Shown here piece after piece: positions 28,338-38,568 of a stretch of DNA of 45,951 nucleotides. Under the pieces are notes generated by a model. It worked only from the letters and a program-made list of their open reading frames with translations. It searched no databases and was not told the DNA's origin. The translations under genes and the position numbers were made by a program. The stretch is from Bdellovibrionia bacterium (lineage in GTDB: Bacteria; Bdellovibrionota; UBA1018), in contig JBJMMA010000234.1 of the NCBI GenBank assembly GCA_045805065.1, forward strand, positions 1 through 45,951, written 5' to 3'. Each line of letters starts with the position of its first letter. Within the stretch, counting starts at the first letter, position 1.

Positions 28338-29279
28338 TTAACCTTTAAGAATCGTTTTTGCCGACTCGGAATCGGCAGAGATCTGTGCCTTGAGCGCATC
28401 GATTCCGGGAAACTTTCTCTCCTCGCGAAGACGCTTCACGAAGCGAACCTCGAATACGTTCCCATAGAGATCCACGGTACGATCAAAGAGATGAGTCTCG
28501 ACCAGGGCCGGAAGCTCTTTACCTTCAAAGGTCGGGCGAACACCGACATTGGTGACGCTTGGAAGAAGCTGGCCTGGAAAGAGCGCCTCGCAGCGGGCCC
28601 AGGTGGCGTAAACACCGTAGGGAAGCGTCAATTTATTCTCAATCTTCAAATTGGCAGTTGGAAAGCCAAGCTTTCGCCCGCGCCCCTCGCCTTTGACGAC
28701 AATCCCTCGGTAAAAAAACTCGCGTCCCAGCAAGCGGCTGGCTGAATCAACTTCCCCTGCAAGAAGGTATTGTCGGATTTTGGAACTTGAGGCGATCTCG
28801 CCTTCGATACGCTGAGGCGAGACAACCGTGAGCTCAACCCCCGCTCCTTTGCAAAGCTCCTCCAGAGCCTGAAGGCTGCCCTGGCGCTCTTTTCCAAACG
28901 CAAAGTCATATCCCACGACGATGGCGCGAGCACCCAAGCGCTTCAAGAGCATTTCCGTAAAGAAGTCTTTCGGGCTGACCGTGGAGAACTCACGGCTGAA
29001 GGGCTCTTCAATCGTGACATCGATTCCCGTTTGAGCCAAAAGCTCAAGCTTCTCATCATAAGTCGTCAGAAGCTGGATCTGCGTCCCCGGGCGGAGCGCC
29101 TGCTGGGGATGCGGACGAAAAGTGTAAGCAATCGCGGTCCCGCCGCTCGCGCGAGCCTTCTCCACCGCCAGGCGAATGATCTGCTGGTGCCCAAGATGGA
29201 CGCCATCAAAGTTTCCAATGGTGATTACTGGATTGGAAAAAGAGCGAGAGACGGTCTGGATGCCACGAAATGTTTCCAT
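28338..29279 (-). CDS. ribF: Bifunctional riboflavin kinase / FAD synthetase
   Basis: IGNFDGVHLGH, VVGYDFAFG, SSSKIR, GRKLGFPTAN, NVGVRPT, ETHLFD. Confidence 0.98.
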   Translation of the reverse strand: METFRGIQTVSRSFSNPVITIGNFDGVHLGHQQIIRLAVEKARASGGTAIAYTFRPHPQQALRPGTQIQLLTTYDEKLELLAQTGIDVTIEEPFSREFSTVSPKDFFTEMLLKRLGARAIVVGYDFAFGKERQGSLQALEELCKGAGVELTVVSPQRIEGEIASSSKIRQYLLAGEVDSASRLLGREFFYRGIVVKGEGRGRKLGFPTANLKIENKLTLPYGVYATWARCEALFPGQLLPSVTNVGVRPTFEGKELPALVETHLFDRTVDLYGNVFEVRFVKRLREERKFPGIDALKAQISADSESAKTILKG

Positions 29280-29288
29280 GAGTAAAAC

Positions 29289-29612
29289 TCAGTCAAACCG
29301 GAAGCCGCATTGATCAATTTCAGCGTCAAGCTTATCAAAAGGATAATTGCGGCAGTTGGCAGGGCGTAAGTCGCCATAGATGCGGCAATAAGACTGATTC
29401 TGGCCGTCTTTACCCAGGAACGGGCACTTGTAGATCAATTCACAGCAGAGACCACAACGGTGGCACTCGCCCTTACGGGTATCGGCAATTGCCTTCTCCA
29501 CGTACTCAGGACGGAAGGTGCCCAAATAAAAGCGGCGCAACTTTCTGAGAATCTGACTCAGAAGTCCGCGACCTGCCAGGCGTTGTTCGTACCAAACAGC
29601 TATGCTGCCCAT
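29289..29612 (-). CDS. Small Cys-cluster (CxxCxxCC, YkgJ-like) Fe-S/Zn protein
   Basis: CHRCGLCC, CPFL, CRIY..RP.NCRNYPF. Confidence 0.8.
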   Translation of the reverse strand: MGSIAVWYEQRLAGRGLLSQILRKLRRFYLGTFRPEYVEKAIADTRKGECHRCGLCCELIYKCPFLGKDGQNQSYCRIYGDLRPANCRNYPFDKLDAEIDQCGFRFD

Positions 29613-29658
29613 ACCTCATACTTCACATATTTAGACGGCTATGAAAAGTCCTTTAAGA

Positions 29659-29687
29659 TTGACCCTCCCCAGAAACAGAGGAATAAT
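29659..29687 (+). promoter_or_regulatory. Putative sigma70 promoter for parA-like gene
   Basis: TTGACC-N17-AATAAT, followed by GGAGGG RBS and ATG 29710. Confidence 0.5.
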
Positions 29688-29709
29688 CCTGGCCTAAGCG
29701 GAGGGATTT

Positions 29710-30621
29710 ATGAAAGAAGCTCCAAATATGTCCCTAAATCGAGCCGTCGTTATAACCGTCGCCAACCAAAAAGGCGGAGTCGGAAAGACCACCACGACCA
29801 TGAACCTGGGCGTTGCGCTGGCCCGAGCCGGCAAACGCGTCCTTCTGATCGACAGCGATCCCCAGGCCAATTTGACAAGCTATCTCGGGGTCACTCCTGG
29901 CGAAGACGCCTTCACCGACCTTCTGACCCTGGACCAAGTTTACCTTTCAAAGCGGCCAGTTGATGCGGAGGCCCGAAAGCTTTACATCACCTCCACCGGT
30001 AGCGGTGTTGATCTGATTGCCTCGGACAAAGCGCTCTCGGGCGTTGAGTATTATCTCTTCTCCCGCGCTGATCGGGAGCTGGTGCTCTCTCACTTTTTGA
30101 ACGGCGTCAGCCCTCACTACGACTTTATCCTGATCGACACGCCGCCAAGTCTCAACCTGCTGACATTGAACGCGCTCTGTACCAGCGATCACGTCCTGAT
30201 TCCTGTCCAGCCGGAGTTTTTCAGCCTCGAAGGAATTGTTAAAATCCGCGAGTCGATTGAGAACATCCGCGATCGCTGGAACGAGAAACTCACCATCCTG
30301 GGAGTCCTGTTTACTCAAGTCTCACAGCGTCGCAAGCTGACCCAAGAAGTGATTGATATGTTGCGCACAGAAATGGGCGAACTGGTGCTTGAGACGATGA
30401 TCCATGAAAATGCCGCCGTCACCGAAAGCTCAGGCCATGCCCGGTCTGTCATCGAGTATGATCGCGCGTCCCGCGGAGCAAAAGACTACTTGGCAGCCGC
30501 GAAGGAAGTTTTGGCTCGCCTGAGCGAACGTTTAAGTGCCACAAAAACAGACTCCCAAAAGGACGCAATCGCCGCTTCTCAGGCAAGCTCAAAAGTGAGC
30601 TCCTCGGAGGCTAACGTATGA
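29710..30621 (+). CDS. Orphan ParA/Soj-family ATPase
   Basis: ANQKGGVGKTTT deviant Walker A, DSDPQANLT, IDTPPSL, IPVQPEFF; no parB adjacent. Confidence 0.93.
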   Translation: MKEAPNMSLNRAVVITVANQKGGVGKTTTTMNLGVALARAGKRVLLIDSDPQANLTSYLGVTPGEDAFTDLLTLDQVYLSKRPVDAEARKLYITSTGSGVDLIASDKALSGVEYYLFSRADRELVLSHFLNGVSPHYDFILIDTPPSLNLLTLNALCTSDHVLIPVQPEFFSLEGIVKIRESIENIRDRWNEKLTILGVLFTQVSQRRKLTQEVIDMLRTEMGELVLETMIHENAAVTESSGHARSVIEYDRASRGAKDYLAAAKEVLARLSERLSATKTDSQKDAIAASQASSKVSSSEANV

Positions 30622-30998
30622 GCACGAATAACCGGATTGGCCGCAATCCGTTTGATAAGAAGCCGAAGGCATCTATTCCGGCTGCCCAAAGCCCTGCATC
30701 CACTCAGACCGTAAAAACCGGCCAGCCCCAGAAAACTGCCAAGAGTAAAAAGTCGGTCAAGACCTCCGAGACAGTTCAGCCCGAATTCGTCTTGAAAGTT
30801 TCAGACAAAAAAACTGAAACAGCCAAAAAGATTGAGTCGTTTCAAAACCTAGAAACCTCCGATCAACTTTCTGCTAAAACCGCAGAGTCTGAAGCTCAAA
30901 TCATTGGCGAGTTGATCGATCTCCCGGAAGAGAGCTGGCAGCCTCTGACAGCAGTGCCATCTCAATTCATCAAGCAGCTCCTCTCACGCTGGATCTAA
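30618..30998 (+). CDS. Small hypothetical protein coupled to ParA
   Basis: ATGA overlap, GGAGG RBS; basic N-terminus RIGRNPFDKK, low-complexity middle. Confidence 0.7.
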   Translation: MSTNNRIGRNPFDKKPKASIPAAQSPASTQTVKTGQPQKTAKSKKSVKTSETVQPEFVLKVSDKKTETAKKIESFQNLETSDQLSAKTAESEAQIIGELIDLPEESWQPLTAVPSQFIKQLLSRWI

Positions 30999-32007
30999 CT
31001 TTCATTGGAGCTTTGGACCCGGACCCTGACGATCTAGCTCTCCACCTCGCGCGACTTGCTAGTAGCTGCGGCCGAAAAAGTCCCATTTGCTCGGCAACGT
31101 ATCTATTATGAGCGCCACACCTGAGCGTCAGGTTTTGGGCCGAGTTTTGTCCACCTAAGCTAAACGGTACGATATGGTCAAACTGCAGGCCATGGTGGCT
31201 ACCGCAGACCCGTCCAGTCTTTGGATCTTTGTAAGTACAGCCATCTTTGTCTCTAAAGGCGACCTTCCGTCTCTGTGCAACCGAGATATAGCGCGAGCGC
31301 TTAATCATCCCCGGCGCCGGGGATTTCAGCTTTTGCTGAGGCAGGTCTTGAGACTCTTCTCCTCGCTTTGGCTCCTTTGGACGCAACTTAGCCAAAGCCA
31401 TATCAGCCATCTGCTCGACTAAAACATCCATGCGACCTTCAAAGTTTTTGTGAGCCAATAAATGCTTAAGCTCTTCCAACTTTTCCATAAGCTCAGCCGA
31501 GGCAACAAACTGCACTAGTGTCTTTTGCTCTGGAAGCGCTCGAGTCTTTTCCGTAGGCATCACGACATCCGGTGACCGTTCCATCAGAACACGCTGACCT
31601 GCACGAGTTGATTTGCCCAAAAGACTACCCACAACTTCACGCTTCTCATCCAAAGATAGCTTTTGCTCTCCCTGCTCTTTACGGCGCAAGTCTTCCTTCC
31701 TGAAAAAGCTTTGGGCCTGACTTGCGTTCTCAAGTGCAAGCTCACCACTCTCCAGTCGAGGAGCGACTTCTGGCACAGACTGAAGAAGTCTCATGGCACT
31801 GATGCGACGATAAGCCGCACCGGAACTGTAACCCAGCTCCTTCATGGCAAAGGTATAGAGATCTGGATAACCCATTTCCAGATGAAGCTTTCTCACTTCG
31901 ACTTCTTGCAAGGCGTACAAGATCTCCATGAGAAGCTTGCGTTCATTTTCTACTTTTACTTTGAGCTCGAGAACCAATTGAGAATTGGAAAGAGACTTTA
32001 AACTCAT
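30970..32007 (-). CDS. HNH endonuclease with long helical N-terminal domain (DUF222-like architecture)
   Basis: GYPDLYTF...LGYS..AAYRRI in the N-domain; C-terminal RSRYI...D..C...C....LQFDHIVP..LGG....NL...C.AHN. Start at ATG 32007 with GAGGT RBS (ORF track 32052). Confidence 0.9.
   Translation of the reverse strand: MSLKSLSNSQLVLELKVKVENERKLLMEILYALQEVEVRKLHLEMGYPDLYTFAMKELGYSSGAAYRRISAMRLLQSVPEVAPRLESGELALENASQAQSFFRKEDLRRKEQGEQKLSLDEKREVVGSLLGKSTRAGQRVLMERSPDVVMPTEKTRALPEQKTLVQFVASAELMEKLEELKHLLAHKNFEGRMDVLVEQMADMALAKLRPKEPKRGEESQDLPQQKLKSPAPGMIKRSRYISVAQRRKVAFRDKDGCTYKDPKTGRVCGSHHGLQFDHIVPFSLGGQNSAQNLTLRCGAHNRYVAEQMGLFRPQLLASRARWRARSSGSGSKAPMKVRSSVRGAA
31307..31324. repeat. 18-bp perfect GC-rich palindrome inside HNH gene (copy 1)
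   Basis: ATCCCCGGCGCCGGGGAT; lies in the KSPAPGM segment of the interdomain linker. Confidence 0.9.
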
Positions 32008-32270
32008 ACAACACCTCATCTTTTCGAGAGGCACTCTAACATGAGTTTTCAAAATGAATTTTAGGCCATTAGCTGGCCTGCCATCACACGCAGTAGGCGC
32101 AACTCAAGAAGCTCCGAACTTATCTATAGAAAATTCAACAGAGAGCAAACTAAGGCTTATTACGAGTGCTTTAAAATCGGCTTATAAATTTCATCACCAT
32201 ATCCATTTTTGCTTTTCAATTAGGTCAAGATAAAAAACAAAACTTTCAAATCCCGCTCTCGCTACACTTC

Positions 32271-32289
32271 TCCCCGGCGCCGGGGATGA
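32271..32289. repeat. Second copy of the palindrome, upstream of the HNH gene
   Basis: TCCCCGGCGCCGGGGATGA is the exact reverse complement of 31305-31323. Confidence 0.9.
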
Positions 32290-32335
32290 CCGCACATAGC
32301 TCCGCCGTCTCTCCTACTTATGATGACCAACCTTT

Positions 32336-32377
32336 AAAAACAAAAACGCCCAAGATGAAAACTCACCTCGGGCGTTT
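32336..32377 (-). terminator. Intrinsic terminator of glnA
   Basis: Minus strand CGCCCGAGGTGA-GTTT-TCATCTTGGGCG then TTTTTGTTTTT; two G-U pairs work only on this strand. Confidence 0.85.
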
Positions 32378-32433
32378 CGTTTTTTAGCAAAGACTGCTTG
32401 TACTAAGCCAGGCGCCTTACGGCGCCTACTTAC

Positions 32434-34662
32434 TTAAGACAAGAAAAGCATCTCGCGGTACTTAGGCAATGGCCAGTAGTCGTCAGCGACCACGGACTCC
32501 ATCTCATCGCAGTCTGTACGAATATCAAACATCAGCGTTGAAACCTCTGTGGCAAGAAGCTGTGCCTTCTCTTCTTCGCTGCCGAGCGTTTCGACTTTGT
32601 GGAATGCTCTTTCGAGCTTTTCACGTTTGGACTGTAGTGCTGCAACCAGTTTGGCCAAGCGCTCCGCCACGGTAGCTTGAGGCGCGCTGATCCCCGCAGC
32701 CTTGGCGCTTGCTACTCCCGCGGTCAAAACCGAGTGATAAGCAAAAGCCGCTGGAAGGATCTGCGTATCGACCATGGAGCGAAGCGTGTCGATCTCGATC
32801 AGAAGATTCTTCACGTAGCGCTCAACGCGGACATGGAAGCGAGAAACAAGCTCTGCTTCGCTGAAGATGCCCATCGAAGACATGAGCTTCTTGGATTGCT
32901 CGGTCACGAGCTGTGCCAAAGCTTCTGGCGTCTTGCGAAGATTTGGAAGTCCGCGCTTTTCAGCTTCCGTCACCCATTCTTCGGAGTAGCCGTTGCCTTC
33001 AAAGCGAATCGATTTCGTTTCCTTGATCGTTTCGCGGATCACTTCGATCACGGTTGCTTCGTTGACTTTGCCCTTACCGCCCTTGGCCTTAAGAGCCTTC
33101 ACAAGATCGGCAAATCCGTCAGCAACAGCTGCGTTCAACAAAGTGACCGGGAACGCGGTCGATGCGCTCGAGCCCACTGCACGGAACTCAAACTTATTAC
33201 CTGTGAAAGCAAATGGCGAAGTACGATTACGGTCAGTATTATCGCGCATGACTTCTGGAAGCTGGCTCACGCCGAGCTGGATGACCGCAGCTTCTGCGCC
33301 CTGGCCTGAGGCTGCGCCTTCTTCGATCTGATTCAAGATGCGAGTGAGAAGATCGCCCATGAAAATCGAGATGATCGCAGGAGGGGCTTCGTTTGCGCCT
33401 AAGCGATGATCGTTTCCAGCCGATGCAATCCCTGCACGCAGAAGACCTGCATGCTTGTAAACACCCTTCATCACGCCAGCGAGCATCAGCAAGAAGCGAA
33501 TGTTTTCGTGCGGAGTCTTGCCTGGATCAAGAAGGTTCTCGCCGTTCAGATCTGGACCGCTTGCAGCGATGCTCATGGACCAGTTGTTGTGCTTACCGCT
33601 TCCGTTGATTCCGGCAAACGGCTTCTCGTGCATGAGCACGGAGAAATTGTGGCGAAGCGCCACTTTACGAAGCACTTCCATCGTCACTTGATTGTGATCG
33701 GCAGCAAGATTTGCTTCTTCAAAGATGGGAGCCGTCTCAAACTGAGATGGAGCCACTTCGTTGTGGCGAGTTTTCACGGGAACGCCAAGCTTATAGAGAT
33801 CATGCTCGACTTCGCTCATAAAAGCGAGAACGCGGGCTGGGATGCTCCCAAAGTAATGGTCTTCAAGCTGCTGACCCTTAGGAGGCTGGCCACCCAGGAG
33901 CGTGCGTCCAGTCATGACGAGATCCGGACGAAGATTAAAGAAGCTGCGATCAATCAGGAAGTATTCCTGTTCAACGCCCAAGCTTGGGACCACGCGCTTC
34001 ACATCGGTGTAGCCAATGAGGCTCAAAAGCTCGCAAGCATTTTTGGACAGAGCTTCGTTGCTTCTGAGGAGCGCCGTTTTTTCATCGAGCGCATCGCCGT
34101 GATAGCTGATGAAAACAGAAGGAATGCAAAGAGTCTTTCCGTTCGTGTGCTCAACGATGAACACAGGGCTGGATGGATCCCAAGCCGTGTAACCGCGGGC
34201 CTCGAACGTCGTACGCATACCGCCCGATGGAAAGCTTGATGCATCTGGCTCAGATTGAATGAGCTGAGAGCCCGAGAATTTTTCGATCGTCTTGCCGTTG
34301 TCATCAAAGGTCAAAAAGGCGTCATGCTTCTCGGCCGTCGTTCCAGTCTGTGGCTGGAACCAGTGGCAGAAATGAGTCACGCCACGGGCCTGCGCCCATT
34401 CCTTGATCGCATGCGCGACGGTGTTGGCGATTTCCGTATCGAGTTTCTTGCCAGTTTCGATGGTCGAGAGAAGTTTGGTGAATACGTCTTTAGGAAGCTT
34501 TTCCTTCATCTTCTGGATGTCAAAAACGTTGACTCCATAATACTCGGAAACGCGCATTCTCTTGCCTGAATCATCCCGCGGGGGATCGAACTTTCTAGGC
34601 GTGCGAGTGTTAACATCACGAACGGCTTCAAACCGAGCCTTAGCTCCAGTTCCCATGCTCAT
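32434..34662 (-). CDS. glnA: Glutamine synthetase type III
   Basis: HWFQP, TAEKHD, EPDASSFPSGG.R.TFEARGYTAWD, LEDHYFG, HNEVAPSQFE, GSGKHNNWS, DRNRTSPFAFTGNKFEFRA, WPLPKY. Start at ATG 34662 with AGGAG RBS. Confidence 0.97.
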   Translation of the reverse strand: MSMGTGAKARFEAVRDVNTRTPRKFDPPRDDSGKRMRVSEYYGVNVFDIQKMKEKLPKDVFTKLLSTIETGKKLDTEIANTVAHAIKEWAQARGVTHFCHWFQPQTGTTAEKHDAFLTFDDNGKTIEKFSGSQLIQSEPDASSFPSGGMRTTFEARGYTAWDPSSPVFIVEHTNGKTLCIPSVFISYHGDALDEKTALLRSNEALSKNACELLSLIGYTDVKRVVPSLGVEQEYFLIDRSFFNLRPDLVMTGRTLLGGQPPKGQQLEDHYFGSIPARVLAFMSEVEHDLYKLGVPVKTRHNEVAPSQFETAPIFEEANLAADHNQVTMEVLRKVALRHNFSVLMHEKPFAGINGSGKHNNWSMSIAASGPDLNGENLLDPGKTPHENIRFLLMLAGVMKGVYKHAGLLRAGIASAGNDHRLGANEAPPAIISIFMGDLLTRILNQIEEGAASGQGAEAAVIQLGVSQLPEVMRDNTDRNRTSPFAFTGNKFEFRAVGSSASTAFPVTLLNAAVADGFADLVKALKAKGGKGKVNEATVIEVIRETIKETKSIRFEGNGYSEEWVTEAEKRGLPNLRKTPEALAQLVTEQSKKLMSSMGIFSEAELVSRFHVRVERYVKNLLIEIDTLRSMVDTQILPAAFAYHSVLTAGVASAKAAGISAPQATVAERLAKLVAALQSKREKLERAFHKVETLGSEEEKAQLLATEVSTLMFDIRTDCDEMESVVADDYWPLPKYREMLFLS

Positions 34663-34753
34663 GTGAGATCTCCTAACGCAGCTCAAATGAAGAGCTGCAC
34701 AACGTATTCAATTTTCAAGTGAGGGACGGACCCAATGCCTATCCCTACTTGCT

Positions 34754-34782
34754 GTTATAGCGATTGCTAGGAGTCTTGTGAA
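34754..34782 (-). promoter_or_regulatory. Putative sigma70 promoter for glnA, overlapping batD stop
   Basis: Minus strand TTCACA-N17-TATAAC. Confidence 0.5.
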
Positions 34783-36701
34783 GAACGTTCTTGCTCGATC
34801 AGCTGCACGGCGGATTTTGCCGAGCTCACCCAGGTTGACAGCTCGCTTCTGGCGCGGGTTTCCAAACCTGCCGAGGCGCTTCCAGCAAAGCGAATCATCT
34901 CGTTGAACTCGAGCAATCGACCGATCGGATCCCAATGAGAGGCGCTTAAGCCCTTCTCGTCGATCAAAATTCTCTTAATTTCGGAGCGAGGAAGAGAGCG
35001 AGCCCCAATCGAATACACCCGGTCAATTGCGTCCAGGACATTTCCACTCAAGAGATCATAGGCTTGTAAGATTTCGCTCCAAGACATGACACCCGCGCGG
35101 CTGGCGTCTGAGGCAAGTCGATCCCAGCTCTTTTGCTTTGCCTTTGCTCGCGCCGCAGCAGATTCGCGTCCTTGAGTGCGGAATTTTTTAAAGAGATCAA
35201 ATCCGACCCAAGCTGCAAAAATTCCAACCGCGCCGACAGCCAGGACATACATCCAGCGCCAAAGCGGGAGTCCTCCCAGGGAAGACTCAGCTGAAACCGG
35301 CGCCTTAAGCTCACGCAGCGACTTTGAAGGAGACGGGGTTTCCGTGTTAGCGGGCGTTCCCGTTGCGCTTGAGCCTGTCGTGGCAGGATTCAGTGGTCTT
35401 GGCGCCTGAGAACCAGGAGCCGCTTCCAGAACATGAATCTGGATCGGATCCGTATTGCGGGTCACGTACTGCTTTTTGGAAGGATCAAAATAGCTGAACT
35501 CCAGCCCAGGCAGAGTCACATCTCCCGGTGCGCGGGGAATCAAAAGAATCTCAAAGTCCTTCTCCCCGACTCCTGCCTTGCTCGTCTTTGCCGATCCTTT
35601 GGAGTCGTAGAGCTCCACGTTTTGTGGCCAATTGGCCTTAGGTTGCCCAATCGCTGCCACATTGCCGCGACCTTCAATCTTGACCGTCAGCGTGACGGCT
35701 TCGTTGGCACGAACTTCGGTCTTATCCACGGCTGAGACAATGGAGAAATCCCCGACCGCGCCAGAGAACGAGGCCGGCTTGCCATCGGCAGGCAGAGGCT
35801 GCACATCGATCATGATCGGTTCGCTTGCCGAAGAACCTTCACGCGGAGTCATTTGTTTGAAGAATTGAAGGAATGGATCTTCGCCATCATCCATTCCGCC
35901 GCCCGCGTAATAGGTATATTTCAGACCCATCGGATCGACCTTGAGCTTTCCTTCCTGAAGCGGGAAGGCAGCATAACGGGCCAAAAGCGAGCGCTGATAA
36001 GGAACGCCATCGAGCACCACGGACTGAACTTCAAGCCGTGGCTGCATCACAGGCATTTCCATCTCTTCGCGAAGGAAGCCATTGAGCATTGGGAATTTAT
36101 CGACTTGTGCGTTCAAAACGCGCACGCGGCGATAAAGGTAGTAGCTCACGACCACTTCCTCGCCTTTATAAACCTTGTCCTTATCTACTTCGGCTCGGAC
36201 AAAAACAGTGTTGGATGCAGGACGCTTAGTTGCGCCTCTTAAGCCAACGCCTCCCCCACCATAATTGCGAGGAGGAGGAGTTCCGGAACCAGACGAGCCG
36301 ACCTGAATCACAATGTCAGGCGCTTTCTTGGTTTTGCCGTTTATGGAGATCTGAATCTGCGAAATGCGCAGATTACCGGTCTTCATCGGCTTCAAGACCT
36401 TGGTGAGAGACTGGTTGTTTCGCATGCTGATGCGACCGGTATTGGAATCGTAATAAGACTCCACAAACGAGCTCTCGTACGAATTAATTTCTTCAAAATC
36501 GGGGGCATTGTAGCCAGGAGGCGTCGTTGAAACGCTTCCATCCGCTTGAACGGAAAACTTCAGGGAGACAGTGTCATCCAAACCCACTTGGGTGCGATCG
36601 ACTTCAGCGGAGAACTTGGCCTCATCGGCAAGTGCCACCTGCGCCAGCCCTATGGTTACTGCTGAAACGATGGAGAGAATTCCTAAATGCTTACTCATCA
36701 T
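34767..36701 (-). CDS. batD: BatD-family protein
   Basis: Signal peptide, three Ig-like beta domains, FSGAVG.F, G.GN, FSYFDP, TM near C-terminus; last gene of the Bat operon. Confidence 0.9.
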   Translation of the reverse strand: MMSKHLGILSIVSAVTIGLAQVALADEAKFSAEVDRTQVGLDDTVSLKFSVQADGSVSTTPPGYNAPDFEEINSYESSFVESYYDSNTGRISMRNNQSLTKVLKPMKTGNLRISQIQISINGKTKKAPDIVIQVGSSGSGTPPPRNYGGGGVGLRGATKRPASNTVFVRAEVDKDKVYKGEEVVVSYYLYRRVRVLNAQVDKFPMLNGFLREEMEMPVMQPRLEVQSVVLDGVPYQRSLLARYAAFPLQEGKLKVDPMGLKYTYYAGGGMDDGEDPFLQFFKQMTPREGSSASEPIMIDVQPLPADGKPASFSGAVGDFSIVSAVDKTEVRANEAVTLTVKIEGRGNVAAIGQPKANWPQNVELYDSKGSAKTSKAGVGEKDFEILLIPRAPGDVTLPGLEFSYFDPSKKQYVTRNTDPIQIHVLEAAPGSQAPRPLNPATTGSSATGTPANTETPSPSKSLRELKAPVSAESSLGGLPLWRWMYVLAVGAVGIFAAWVGFDLFKKFRTQGRESAAARAKAKQKSWDRLASDASRAGVMSWSEILQAYDLLSGNVLDAIDRVYSIGARSLPRSEIKRILIDEKGLSASHWDPIGRLLEFNEMIRFAGSASAGLETRARSELSTWVSSAKSAVQLIEQERSSQDS

Positions 36702-36717
36702 TGCAATTCCTCAGCAA

Positions 36718-38564
<1,847 letters not shown>

Positions 38565-38568
<4 letters not shown>

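Noticed and set aside
32254..32264. CGCTCTCGCTA near palindrome copy 2, resembling the reverse complement of 31289-31299 near copy 1
   Set aside because: It is a 10/11 match, but its position and orientation relative to the palindrome are inconsistent between copies, so it is probably chance.
32008..32340. OMEGA/HEARO-like guide RNA or CRISPR array next to the HNH gene
   Set aside because: There is no repeat-spacer pattern, only short isolated hairpins, and the protein shows no RuvC or PLMP motifs. An ncRNA cannot be excluded without an Infernal search.
32410..32427. AGGCGCC-N4-GGCGCCT hairpin as a third copy of the HNH palindrome
   Set aside because: It shares only the GGCGCC core and is better explained as a GNRA-loop hairpin in the glnA 3' UTR.
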